Assembly: GCA_041666205.1 (NCBI GenBank)
Contig: JBAYHI010000003.1
Coordinates: 13,215-77,214 of the forward strand
Direction: 5' to 3'
DNA from: Patescibacteria group bacterium
GTDB lineage: Bacteria > Patescibacteriota > Patescibacteriia > UBA9934
DNA: 64,000 bases
Each line of letters begins with the position of its first letter. Position 1 is the stretch's first letter. Positions 1 through 9,589 of the stretch are shown here, in pieces. Both the position numbers and the translations under genes were made by a program. The notes beneath the pieces are model-generated. The model saw nothing but the letters and a program-made list of their open reading frames with translations, ran no database searches and was not told the origin of the DNA.

Positions 1-822
1 AAAATTGCGCATGTGCATTTGGTCCATGATTTACAACTCATATTCCCGTCGGGCCTATTACTTGCGGGTCGCGAAAAGGTGTCATTCATTTCTTGGCCAT
101 TCTACACCGTATATGCCATGGTATGTCGATGTCTGTTTGGAAGTCCGGATTTGGTGATTTTCCCTTCACAGTATTTGAAGGGGATGTATGAACACTGGCA
201 TTTTTTCCCGCGTTCAGAAGTGATTGTGCTTCCAAATCCTTCGCCGGATTTTCCCCTCGTGGATCGTCTCCCACCAGAGCGTCAAAAAGTACGCTTGCTC
301 TTTGTGGGGCAACTGGAATCGCATAAAGGTGTTCGATTTTTAGTAGAGTCATTGAAGCGTATGCCTGAAGTAGAACTCACGATTGCCGGGGAGGGCACGC
401 TGACAGACTGGGTGACAAAACACTGCGAAGAAAATAAGCGATTGAATTTTTTGGGATTCATTTGTGCAGATCATTTGCAGGCCTGTTTGGGCACGGTGGA
501 TGCGGTTGTAGTGCCGTCGCTTTGCTATGAGAATTCGCCAACGGTTATTTACGAGAGTCTGTCGGCCGGGGTACCGGTGCTCGCTTCTGACATTGGTGGT
601 GTGGGGGAATTGGTACGCGATGGGATAAATGGATACTTATTCAAAGCCGGGGACGCGCATGCTCTGGCGCATGCGATTTGGCGATTGCGCGAACATCGGG
701 TGGCGTTCATGGCAAATCAGACAGAAATCTCCGCAACGGTTGCGCCGTTTGGACTGAAAAATTATACAGAAGAATTGCTTCGACAACTCGAGCGTGTTAT
801 CGCTCGAAAACGAAAATCGTAA
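1..822 (+). CDS. Glycosyltransferase family 4 (GT1-fold), C-terminal part; 5' end truncated by the window edge
   Basis: ORF 13..822 is in frame from base 1. Typical GT4 C-terminal sugar-nucleotide binding region (EX7E-like, 'GFICADHLQACLGTVDAVVVPSLCYENSPTVIYESLSAGVPVLASDIGG'). Confidence 0.8.
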   Translation, partial: KIAHVHLVHDLQLIFPSGLLLAGREKVSFISWPFYTVYAMVCRCLFGSPDLVIFPSQYLKGMYEHWHFFPRSEVIVLPNPSPDFPLVDRLPPERQKVRLLFVGQLESHKGVRFLVESLKRMPEVELTIAGEGTLTDWVTKHCEENKRLNFLGFICADHLQACLGTVDAVVVPSLCYENSPTVIYESLSAGVPVLASDIGGVGELVRDGINGYLFKAGDAHALAHAIWRLREHRVAFMANQTEISATVAPFGLKNYTEELLRQLERVIARKRKS

Positions 823-2872
823 CATCGCCATCGCCCACGGCAAACCAATCATTGGCAACCGCTTTTGTTTGTTCAATGATGGCATCCGCATCCCACCAGT
901 ACGCATTCACCACAAAATACGCACGATCCACTCCGGCTAACTCCATTGCAGAAATCATCGTGGCGCGCGAAGGCGTTCCTTCTGCCATGGCGAGATATTT
1001 TTCATAGAGCGGTCCTCCGGTTGGAATCGGGTAGTAAAAGAGGTCGCCGTTGTAATAGGTTTTAAATCCAAATTCGTGGAGCGCTGCGGCGGAAACCGAT
1101 TGATTGGCAAGAACGATATAGTCCGACGATCCAGCATCCTGCGCAATATCTCGCACGGCAATGAAATCCGTTGCGCTCACATTAAATCCGGCTGATCGTG
1201 CATAATTATCGTGGCGTGGATAGGCGCCATACACATTGGCCGTCATCCACAGCGAAAGAAAAACAAGAAATGACATTGCCAAATAGGGCGATGTTTTTTT
1301 GCATGCTTCCAAGACTCCCACAAGCGCAATGCCAAGGTAGGGCAGTAAAAAAAGGCAGGCAAGCACCAAGAGTCGCTCTGCATAATCTTGGCGTTCGTAT
1401 TCAATGAGGAATGAAAAATTGAGTGTGGTTGAGAGAAGCCAAAAGTTCATGAGGCATACGATACTCGATAGCGCGGGAAGATAAACGCTCATGGGTGCGT
1501 GTTCTTTGATTGCAAAATAAATGCCGATGGCACTGAGAATCAAGATTGGTAAAATTCCATTGCCGATAAACAAATAGAAAAGGTCGAAGATCGGTTGACC
1601 TTGGCTTCCAAGAAAATGTGGTAGTGCCAAAAGAGAAAAATCAAATAGATGTGAAAGCGACGGTGCGATGTCGAGTCCGGAAAGACGCGCTTGCAATAAG
1701 AAAACGAGAGGAATCGAGATGCAGGAACCAAGCGCGATGAAAATGGTGAGGAAATTACGAACGGATTTTTTCGTGATCGTCGAATGAAGAAGAAGGAAGA
1801 AGAAATACCAGAGCGCAGGAATGCCAGCGAGTGGGTGTAAACACAAGACAGCGGCAGTGAGGACTCCAAGCACCCAAAGTGGTGGGGTTGTGGTTTTTTC
1901 CAAGATGCGTGGAAGAGAAAAAAGTACGACGCTCGCGATCAATATGTAGGCGATCGTTTGTGGCGTTGTGGAGATAAATGCGCCAAGCGGAAGAAGGAAA
2001 AGCGAGAAAAGCGCAATCGGGCGACGTGATTGGAATGCGGTTTTGAATGCGAAAAATCCGCTTGTTGTGAGGAGCACGGTTGCAAGCACAGGCGCCAAAA
2101 ATCGATTTAAAAGTTCAAGTGGAAGTGCAAAAAGGTGAAGCCCACCGAGTTCGAGCATATACTGCCCGATGTAGTAGAGGGTCTTTGGCGTGAGTGTGCC
2201 GGTCGTCGCAATGTGTGAAATGGAAGCTTCGTGAATGAACGGATCAAATCCATACCCAAGCGGATACAATATAGCTGCAAGGGAGATGCTGGAGAAAAAA
2301 AGGATTGCAAACAGCAGAATGAGAATCGGTTGGGTTTGTTGTTTGTAAAAAAGAAATGAGAGACTGAGGAGTGCTAGGAAGATGGGGAGGAGGGTCAGGG
2401 GAGACAAAACAGCCCAGAGACTTCGCACGGCATCGAGAATTTGAATCGGCGATACAATGGACCAGAACAAAAAGAGAAATACAGCGATGGCTAGCACGGC
2501 AAACCAAAATCCCTTTGGCAGCTGGATTTTTTCATCTGTGTCTGCATTTGGTTTTTGGGCAAGCGCCAAAATCGTGCACGTGGTCGCAACAAGCAGGAAA
2601 GAGAAGACAATCCCAGGAATCGGCATAAGCCAATAGGCCATGGTGCCAAGGATCAGGAAAAAGACGCAGGCAATCACAGCCCCAAGGATTGTTTGCACAT
2701 AGGACGTGGCGTTTGGAAGTACGCGCGGACCTAGCAATCGTCCCGCAGAAAAAAGCCATGCGCATAAACACAGCGCTCCTAAAAGCGCATTCTGTACAAA
2801 GAATTGGAGCGTGATCGTGGTGGCAGTTGTTGCCAATAGAAGCATCACGGATGAAGAAATTCCTTTGCTCAT
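797..2872 (-). CDS. Large polytopic membrane protein (about 14+ TM) with C-terminal soluble domain; putative GT-C-like glycosyltransferase or polymerase
   Basis: 691-aa ORF, highly hydrophobic N-terminal two thirds and a soluble C-terminal 150 aa. Lies in a glycan-assembly gene neighbourhood. Function inferred only from architecture. Confidence 0.55.
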   Translation of the reverse strand: MSKGISSSVMLLLATTATTITLQFFVQNALLGALCLCAWLFSAGRLLGPRVLPNATSYVQTILGAVIACVFFLILGTMAYWLMPIPGIVFSFLLVATTCTILALAQKPNADTDEKIQLPKGFWFAVLAIAVFLFLFWSIVSPIQILDAVRSLWAVLSPLTLLPIFLALLSLSFLFYKQQTQPILILLFAILFFSSISLAAILYPLGYGFDPFIHEASISHIATTGTLTPKTLYYIGQYMLELGGLHLFALPLELLNRFLAPVLATVLLTTSGFFAFKTAFQSRRPIALFSLFLLPLGAFISTTPQTIAYILIASVVLFSLPRILEKTTTPPLWVLGVLTAAVLCLHPLAGIPALWYFFFLLLHSTITKKSVRNFLTIFIALGSCISIPLVFLLQARLSGLDIAPSLSHLFDFSLLALPHFLGSQGQPIFDLFYLFIGNGILPILILSAIGIYFAIKEHAPMSVYLPALSSIVCLMNFWLLSTTLNFSFLIEYERQDYAERLLVLACLFLLPYLGIALVGVLEACKKTSPYLAMSFLVFLSLWMTANVYGAYPRHDNYARSAGFNVSATDFIAVRDIAQDAGSSDYIVLANQSVSAAALHEFGFKTYYNGDLFYYPIPTGGPLYEKYLAMAEGTPSRATMISAMELAGVDRAYFVVNAYWWDADAIIEQTKAVANDWFAVGDGDVTIFVFER

Positions 2873-2903
2873 ACGAAAATTATGCTATCATAAGAGCAGA
2901 ACT

Positions 2904-3476
2904 ATGGCACGCGACGCGCATAAACCGTTTCCACACGACAAGTATCTATACTGGTTCATCCAATGGATTCCCCGTTGGGTGGAGCCAAATCACATTACGC
3001 TTTTGCGTCTTATTTTGACGCCGTTTGTGATCATCTTTTTGCTGTACGAAAATTATGATGTGGGGGTCCCGCTCTTTATTTTCACTGCGCTTACCGATGC
3101 GGTGGACGGCACCTTGGCACGCATGCGAAAGCAAGTCACGCCGTGGGGAATTTTCTACGATCCGGTGGCGGATAAGATTCTTATTGGCTCCGTGGTATTG
3201 CTCGTGGTGATTCAACACATCAATTTCTATATTGCTATTGGAATGGTTGCCGTGGAACTCATGCTCATTATTGGGGGATGGTATCGTCGACGCAAAACCC
3301 ATATTGAATCCGCTAATATTTGGGGAAAAATAAAGATGATTCTGGAGGTGATTGGCGTCCTATGCCTTCTCATTGCGCTTTGGTCTGGGGTAGATCTTTT
3401 TGTTCAAATTTCTAACGGGACGCTCATCGTGGCACTCCTATTTGCCATTGTATCGCTTTTGACCTACTCTCTTTGA
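2904..3476 (+). CDS. CDP-alcohol phosphatidyltransferase family protein
   Basis: Motif 'DAVDGTLAR...GIFYDPVADK' (D-G-x2-A-R...G-x3-D-x3-D). First in-frame ATG (2904) lies after the convergent upstream gene end; multi-TM. Confidence 0.8.
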   Translation: MARDAHKPFPHDKYLYWFIQWIPRWVEPNHITLLRLILTPFVIIFLLYENYDVGVPLFIFTALTDAVDGTLARMRKQVTPWGIFYDPVADKILIGSVVLLVVIQHINFYIAIGMVAVELMLIIGGWYRRRKTHIESANIWGKIKMILEVIGVLCLLIALWSGVDLFVQISNGTLIVALLFAIVSLLTYSL

Positions 3477-3479
3477 GGT

Positions 3480-5075
3480 ATGGCACTGCGAATTCTCAAA
3501 ATCATTGGGCTTTCTCTTTTTTTCGTTTCGTGTTTTACCACCACATTTTTCGTGGGGCATCTTGCCAATTCGCCCGATGAATCGGCAAATTATTTATTTG
3601 CCTCGCAAATTGCAAACGGAAATGCAATGCGTTTTTCTGAGCCTCTTGAGGCGAGTTTGGGGAATCTAATTCATCCGCGCAGTATGGTTGCAGTCGGGGA
3701 GTTTATCGTGCCTGGGAGTTTTTTGGGATTGCCGGTACTTGCAGGAATCATGGGAATAGGTTGGAAGGATGGTGTTTATTTGCTTACCCCGCTTCTTGCC
3801 GTGCTTGCGATTCTTGCGTGGCGAAGTTTTGTGAAAAACCTATTCGCAAATGAACTCCTCGCTGATCTTTCTGCATTTTTTCTGGCCATCCACCCGGCAT
3901 TTTGGTATTACGCTGGTAGGCCCATGATGCACAATGTGGGATTCCTAGCATTTTTGATTTTTGCCGTGTGGGCAATTGGCGTGCGACCCATTAAGGAAAA
4001 GTGGACGATCCTTAATTTTGTGCTCGGAGGCGTATGTTTGGCTTGGGCCTTGGCATTTCGAACTGCGGAAGCGGTTTGGGTTTTGCCAATTGCGCTTGCG
4101 ATCCTTGCCGTGATTTGGAAAAAGCATGTTATTTCGTGGAAGCAACTCCTTGGTGTTGTGGTTGGATTTGTGATTGTGATCCCGCCATTTTTGTGGCTCA
4201 ACAATTCGCTCTACGGAAGCCCATGGCTCACAGGCTATACCATGCCGAGCACAAGTGTGGTCACGTCAGACGCTCCTGCGGTTGCGGTTTCTGTTATTAC
4301 AAAGATCGCGAGTCTCGTTTTCCCATTTGGGATTCACGAGATGAATATTTTGCAAAATGGATGGTCGTATGGATTTTTGCTGTACCCGATTCTCACCCTG
4401 TTGGCACTCCTTGGGATTGGACTCGTTTTTGCGCGTTGGAAGCAGGAAACTGCCACATGGCGGTTCCTCCTTATTATAGGGGGTCTTATTTTGGCTTGGT
4501 TACTGGTCGTTTACGGCAGTTGGAAATTTAATGATAACCCTGATCCGCTGGTGCTTACGATTGGAAATTCGTATGTACGATATTGGCTTCCGATTTTTGC
4601 GATCGCTTCTGTTTTTGTTGCAAAAGCTGTGCAGTGGATTTCTGATGTTCCATTCCCGCGTGTGAAAATTGGAATCAGTGTGGCGATCATGGGAGTTTGC
4701 ATTGGTGCATCAGCGTTCACGGTGTTTGGTGGCACGGATGGGTTCTTGGCGATTCGTACGCATCTTGCGGAAAGCGCACAGAAAAAAGAAGCAGTCCTCA
4801 AGGCAACGCCAAGCGATGCAATGATCATTACAGATTACGGCGATAAATATTTATTCCCAGATCGTCGGGTGGTGGTTCCGCTTCGAAGTGATGCAACATA
4901 TGCGATGCTCCGAAACCTCGTTGACGCCGCGCCGGTTTATTATTTCGGGCTCACGCTTCCCGATGGTGATGTGGATTATTTAAATACCACGATTTTGGGT
5001 CCGCAGGGGATTATCTTGGATCGTTCGATTACAATTCTTGACGAAACGCTCTATAAATTGCGCGACATGCGCTAA
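3480..5075 (+). CDS. GT-C superfamily membrane glycosyltransferase (ArnT/PMT-like, GT39/GT83-type)
   Basis: 531 aa with about 11 TM helices. First periplasmic loop has an acidic motif (PDESANY), as in ArnT/PMT-like enzymes. Confidence 0.6.
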   Translation: MALRILKIIGLSLFFVSCFTTTFFVGHLANSPDESANYLFASQIANGNAMRFSEPLEASLGNLIHPRSMVAVGEFIVPGSFLGLPVLAGIMGIGWKDGVYLLTPLLAVLAILAWRSFVKNLFANELLADLSAFFLAIHPAFWYYAGRPMMHNVGFLAFLIFAVWAIGVRPIKEKWTILNFVLGGVCLAWALAFRTAEAVWVLPIALAILAVIWKKHVISWKQLLGVVVGFVIVIPPFLWLNNSLYGSPWLTGYTMPSTSVVTSDAPAVAVSVITKIASLVFPFGIHEMNILQNGWSYGFLLYPILTLLALLGIGLVFARWKQETATWRFLLIIGGLILAWLLVVYGSWKFNDNPDPLVLTIGNSYVRYWLPIFAIASVFVAKAVQWISDVPFPRVKIGISVAIMGVCIGASAFTVFGGTDGFLAIRTHLAESAQKKEAVLKATPSDAMIITDYGDKYLFPDRRVVVPLRSDATYAMLRNLVDAAPVYYFGLTLPDGDVDYLNTTILGPQGIILDRSITILDETLYKLRDMR

Positions 5076-5076
5076 T

Positions 5077-6540
5077 ATGGGAACGCGCATTTTTCAACTC
5101 GTCCTCATTTGCATTCCGGTCGGGTTATTTTGCTATTTGCTTGGCGTGGACATTGCGCCAGGTGGCATGCGCGAAGCATCGCTCGTCGCCGGGGGATATA
5201 GCGCGTTCATCGATCGCTTGCTTCCAGATGAACGCGTGTCGAGCGTTGAGATAACAGAAGCCGGTGGCGCGTACGCTTCTCTTCTTGACGACCCGACGTA
5301 TTTCTCGGTTCACAAACCGCAAACGGATTTTTCGGAAATTGAGGTGGAGATTTTGTATCAAAGCGAGGGTCAGCCCCTCATTCAAACAGGGCCACGCCTC
5401 GATGTGGTTTCGGATAGTTATGCCCTGCAACCACTCGTGAGCGAGACTATTGAATCGCTTGGGTGGAGCGAGATCGAAGAAGACGGAGTTCGTCTTCTTG
5501 CGCGAAACGGAGATGTGTCGAGCGTGTCGGAATTTTTGTTCGATCTGCCAAGTCGATCACGCATTGGCGTGCTTGGGTATGAGCTCACAGCGCTATATCT
5601 CCTGCCAAATTATGCTTCGCTCGGGTACAGTCAAACGTTTGATGTGAGCTTGCGCGGATATCACAAATATGTGACGTACGTAAAAAATGAATCGTTTGAT
5701 TTGGATGCAACATATTGGGACATGAATCGTACGATTGGAAAAGACGATGCCATGGTGCGTGTGCGCAATTCCGCTGGTGAGGTTTGGTTTGAAGCGCCCA
5801 TCGAAGACGACGGAAATACCACGGAAAATCAAACACCGAGTTCAGAGACGATTTCCATTCATGAATCCGGTTGGCCAGAAGGCGTTTACTCCGTTGAATT
5901 AGTCGGTACCTCGGATATTTTTTGGCGCAAATTTGTGACGTCGGAGCGCTATATGACGTTTGTCTCCAAGATTTATATCGGCGATGATGTGGGATATTTG
6001 GGTGCTACAAAGGCAACGCGATTCTATACCAGCGCAAAGCACCTCGATTTGGAAACGTATCATGCGGACGCGACCCAAGAAGTCCAGCTTGGATCGTCAC
6101 GTGTCGCAATTGTCACGAGTCATGAGCCGGTGCACGCCGTCATTGCGGACGCTGGCGTCGTAGCCGGGTACACGGCGCAAGGCGACGTAAAAATTGTGGG
6201 CGACGGGAAATTCTCTTTCTCACGCGATTCATTTTTCGATCCAGACCCGGTGCAAATCGGCGCCGAAACCGATGTGGATGCACTAAACGTTGATTATATT
6301 CTCACGACGGTTGAGGATCCAACCATTGAAGGAGAATGGAGCGTTGCCTTAACGACGTTTTCAACCGAGGGGATTTGGGACGAAAACGGCGATGCTAAAT
6401 TTGTGCTTTCAATGCCGGCGATTCAAGAAAATGGTGGCACCGTAAAGATTCACGAGATTCGAATTCGTTTTCTCAAAGACCCTTTGAATTTTTGGGGAGT
6501 GATTCGAGCACTTCGTGATTTATTGCCGTTTGGAATCTAA
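5077..6540 (+). CDS. Hypothetical membrane-anchored protein (N-terminal TM, large extracytoplasmic domain)
   Basis: ATG at 5077 lies 2 nt after the upstream stop. N-terminal hydrophobic helix. No recognisable motif. Confidence 0.55.
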   Translation: MGTRIFQLVLICIPVGLFCYLLGVDIAPGGMREASLVAGGYSAFIDRLLPDERVSSVEITEAGGAYASLLDDPTYFSVHKPQTDFSEIEVEILYQSEGQPLIQTGPRLDVVSDSYALQPLVSETIESLGWSEIEEDGVRLLARNGDVSSVSEFLFDLPSRSRIGVLGYELTALYLLPNYASLGYSQTFDVSLRGYHKYVTYVKNESFDLDATYWDMNRTIGKDDAMVRVRNSAGEVWFEAPIEDDGNTTENQTPSSETISIHESGWPEGVYSVELVGTSDIFWRKFVTSERYMTFVSKIYIGDDVGYLGATKATRFYTSAKHLDLETYHADATQEVQLGSSRVAIVTSHEPVHAVIADAGVVAGYTAQGDVKIVGDGKFSFSRDSFFDPDPVQIGAETDVDALNVDYILTTVEDPTIEGEWSVALTTFSTEGIWDENGDAKFVLSMPAIQENGGTVKIHEIRIRFLKDPLNFWGVIRALRDLLPFGI

Positions 6541-6541
6541 T

Positions 6542-6895
6542 ATGGATTATTCACGCATTGGAAAAACCGGATTTCTTGTGAGTATCATTTCATACGTTGT
6601 GTTTTGGCTTGCGGATTTTTGGCGCACGGGATTTGTGAGTACGGTTTTTTCTGTGCATTGGTTTTTATTGTTTGCGTGGATGTTTGGTGCGCTTTGGATG
6701 CTTACGACGACGACGCGTGAAACGCGATTATCAAAATTACTCATTGCAACCCTTTGCCTCATCTTTTTTATCGTACTGTGGAAATTGGGCGATGTATTTG
6801 GAGATTTGCAAATCCTCTTGGCGTTTTTTGGCGCCCTCGTGCCGGTGATTGGATTTGTCCTCTTGTCACACAAAAATGAACAAGGTACAACATAG
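6542..6895 (+). CDS. Small integral membrane protein (4 TM), hypothetical
   Basis: First ATG (6542) lies 2 nt after the upstream stop; the ORF track start at 6515 is GTG. Confidence 0.5.
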   Translation: MDYSRIGKTGFLVSIISYVVFWLADFWRTGFVSTVFSVHWFLLFAWMFGALWMLTTTTRETRLSKLLIATLCLIFFIVLWKLGDVFGDLQILLAFFGALVPVIGFVLLSHKNEQGTT

Positions 6896-6901
6896 GTATC
6901 T

Positions 6902-7321
6902 ATGAAAGATCCAAATTGCATTTTTTGTAAAATTGCTGCGCACGAAGTTCCGAGTCACATTGTCTACGAAGATGAACTCACGATTGCGTTCCTCGATATT
7001 GCTGCGGTGAGCAAAGGTCATACATTGGTTGTGCCAAAAATCCACGCGGAAAATCTTTCCGGAAATACAAAAGAAGAAGCCGAAGCACTTATGGACGTGG
7101 TTTGGAAAATCGCGCCAGCAATTATGAAGGCACTTGGTGCCAGTGGATACAATCTTGGCATGAACCACGGCAAAGACGCGGGGCAGGAAGTTGCGCATAC
7201 GCATTTTCATATCATGCCTCGTTATGCGGGGGTGGAGCGATCGTTCCGACGCTTGTCACCAGCAGATTTTGAGCTCGACGAAGTAGCTACACAAATCAAA
7301 GCCGCAATTGAGATTGTATGA
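6902..7321 (+). CDS. HIT family (histidine triad) nucleotide hydrolase
   Basis: 'CIFCKI' N-terminus and the HxHxHxx motif 'HTHFHIMPR'. Confidence 0.9.
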   Translation: MKDPNCIFCKIAAHEVPSHIVYEDELTIAFLDIAAVSKGHTLVVPKIHAENLSGNTKEEAEALMDVVWKIAPAIMKALGASGYNLGMNHGKDAGQEVAHTHFHIMPRYAGVERSFRRLSPADFELDEVATQIKAAIEIV

Positions 7322-7887
7322 GCTTATTTCACTGGAAAAAATTATCCTCTGAAATTAAAGCGGAAAATCCGTGGTGGAGCTATCGGGTTGACCGCTTTTT
7401 AGGTCCAAAAAGCAAAGAAGTGTCCTATCACAGCATGGAACATCCTGGTACGGTTGTGATTATTGGGCTGAATGCTGAGGGAAAGATTCCGCTCGTGCGT
7501 CAGTTTCGTCCTTTATTTGATGCGGAGTGTACCGAATTGCCCGCAGGTCGGATTGACGAAGGGCAAGCATTGCTCCAGGCTGCACGGATTGAGTTTGCGC
7601 AAGAGGCAAATTTTGCCGCAACGAAACTCTCGCAGATTGGGAAATTTATGGTTGCTCCTGGGTGTAGCAATGCGTGGGCGTTTGTGTTTTTGGCAACCGA
7701 TTTGGTGCCAGCAAACGATACCCCAGCCGATGAGATGGAAGAATTTGAACACATGCTCGCAACACCCGCGGAACTCGACACCCTGATTGCCAATGGTACC
7801 ATTCAAGATGGCGTTTCTATCACCGCGTGGGCTCTCGCAAAACCTCACATTTTAGCTCTACTTGACCAAGAAAACGCCACGCGCTAA
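7318..7887 (+). CDS. NUDIX hydrolase (ADP-ribose pyrophosphatase-like)
   Basis: Degenerate Nudix box 'AGRIDEGQALLQAARIEFAQEANF'. ATGA overlap with the HIT stop suggests translational coupling. Confidence 0.65.
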   Translation: MSLFHWKKLSSEIKAENPWWSYRVDRFLGPKSKEVSYHSMEHPGTVVIIGLNAEGKIPLVRQFRPLFDAECTELPAGRIDEGQALLQAARIEFAQEANFAATKLSQIGKFMVAPGCSNAWAFVFLATDLVPANDTPADEMEEFEHMLATPAELDTLIANGTIQDGVSITAWALAKPHILALLDQENATR

Positions 7888-7900
7888 GGTACTTGGTACT

Positions 7901-8911
7901 ATGAAAGTACTGGTAACCGGAGGCTGTGGGTTTATTGGTTCTCATTTCATCCGCACGGTTTTTGACCATCGCCCAGATTGGCAGGTCATTAATTTGGATG
8001 CGCTCACCTACGCTGGAAATTTGGCCAATACCTTGGATATTCAAACCCATCCACGGTATCGTTTTGTGTATGGATCCATTACGAATCGCGAACTTGTAGA
8101 AGCGCTCGTGCAGGAAGCGGATGCGGTTGTGAACTTTGCGGCAGAAACGCATGTGGATCGTTCCATTGTTGATAATGAGCCGTTCATCATGACCAATATT
8201 TTGGGCGTTCAGCGACTCATTGATGCATGCGTCAAATATGGAAAACGGTTTCATCATGTGAGCACCGATGAGGTGTTTGGACACCTGGGGCCAACCGACC
8301 CCAAATTCAATGAATCCACGCCCTACGCTCCACGCAATCCATATAGCGCTACAAAAGCTGCGTCTGATCATTTGGTACGCGCGGCCGTGGCAACGCATGG
8401 ACTTCGTGGAACGATTTCGAATTGCACAAATAATTACGGGCCTTATTTGTACCCGGAAAAATTCTTTGCGATTTCAATTACAAACTTGCTTCAAGGCAAG
8501 CCCATTATGATTTGCGGGAGTGGCTCGCAAGTTCGCGATTGGATTCAAGTAAAAGATCATGCGCTCGGCGTCTTGGCCATTTTGGAACGCGGTCGGATAG
8601 GGGAAACGTATATGATGGGCGGAAATTCAGAATTGAGTGTGGTGGAAGCGGGAAAAAAGATTTTGAATGTGATGGGATACGGAGAGGAGCATTTGCTATT
8701 GGTTGCGGATCGTCCGGGGCAAGATAAACGCTATGCAATCGACTATAGCAAAATCAAATCCGAACTTGGCTGGGAACCAACATATACGTTTGAAGAGGGA
8801 ATCCGCCACATGGTGCAGTGGTACAAACAAAACGAAGATTGGTGGAAACCTGTACGCGAAAGTTCTGGCTACCGTCGGTGGTATCGGATGCAATTTGGCA
8901 TTGATCCTTAG
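7901..8911 (+). CDS. rfbB: dTDP-glucose 4,6-dehydratase
   Basis: 'MKVLVTGGCGFIGSHF' Rossmann start plus the SDR 'YSATK' catalytic motif. Full-length similarity to RmlB. Confidence 0.92.
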   Translation: MKVLVTGGCGFIGSHFIRTVFDHRPDWQVINLDALTYAGNLANTLDIQTHPRYRFVYGSITNRELVEALVQEADAVVNFAAETHVDRSIVDNEPFIMTNILGVQRLIDACVKYGKRFHHVSTDEVFGHLGPTDPKFNESTPYAPRNPYSATKAASDHLVRAAVATHGLRGTISNCTNNYGPYLYPEKFFAISITNLLQGKPIMICGSGSQVRDWIQVKDHALGVLAILERGRIGETYMMGGNSELSVVEAGKKILNVMGYGEEHLLLVADRPGQDKRYAIDYSKIKSELGWEPTYTFEEGIRHMVQWYKQNEDWWKPVRESSGYRRWYRMQFGIDP

Positions 8912-8916
8912 CTCGT

Positions 8917-9025
8917 TATAAATTTCGACTGCTGCTTTGTCGCCTTCAGTCCGTTCTCCTCACCGTACACATGGGTACGGCTCGTCGGTACTCCTTCGGC
9001 TCCTCGCATCAGTCTGAAATTTATA
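8917..9025 (-). repeat. 109-nt element with terminal inverted repeats TATAAATTT/AAATTTATA, copy 1 (inverted relative to copy 2)
   Basis: About 80% identical to 34973..35080 in reverse complement. Fills the rfbB-rfbC spacer. Confidence 0.7.
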
Positions 9026-9044
9026 CACTCGCTGAATAAATGAT

Positions 9045-9587
9045 ATGAACATAATCCCCACAAAAATTCCGGATGTAAAAATCATTGAGCTTGATGTTTT
9101 TGGCGACGAGCGAGGATTTTTTTGCGAAACATTCAATGAAGAAAAATTTGCATCCGCCGGACTTCCAACGGATTGGAAACAGGATAATCATTCTGCATCG
9201 GTAAAAGGTGTTTTGCGCGGATTGCATTTTCAATTGCTTCCAAAGCCGATGGCAAAGCTCGTGCGTTGCACAAAAGGAAAAGTATTCGATGTCGCGGTGG
9301 ATTTGCGAAAGAGTTCGCCCACCTATTTGCAATGGGTCGGGGTAGAACTCTCAGCGGAAAATAAAAAAATGCTTCTTATCCCAGAAGGATTTGCGCATGG
9401 ATTCTATACGCTTGAGGATTGTGACTTCCTGTACAAGTGCTCCAACGTTTACGTGAAAGAACTCGATGCAAATGTTCGTTTTGATGATCCAGCGTTTGGC
9501 GTCGCGTGGCCACTCCAGGGCGCACCTGTGCTTTCAAATCGCGATGCCGCGGCGCCGGCGTTTTCAGAACTTGATTTACCATTCTAG
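9045..9587 (+). CDS. rfbC: dTDP-4-dehydrorhamnose 3,5-epimerase
   Basis: Cupin; 'DERGFFCETF...LRGLHFQ' matches the RmlC signature. Confidence 0.92.
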   Translation: MNIIPTKIPDVKIIELDVFGDERGFFCETFNEEKFASAGLPTDWKQDNHSASVKGVLRGLHFQLLPKPMAKLVRCTKGKVFDVAVDLRKSSPTYLQWVGVELSAENKKMLLIPEGFAHGFYTLEDCDFLYKCSNVYVKELDANVRFDDPAFGVAWPLQGAPVLSNRDAAAPAFSELDLPF

Positions 9588-9589
9588 AT

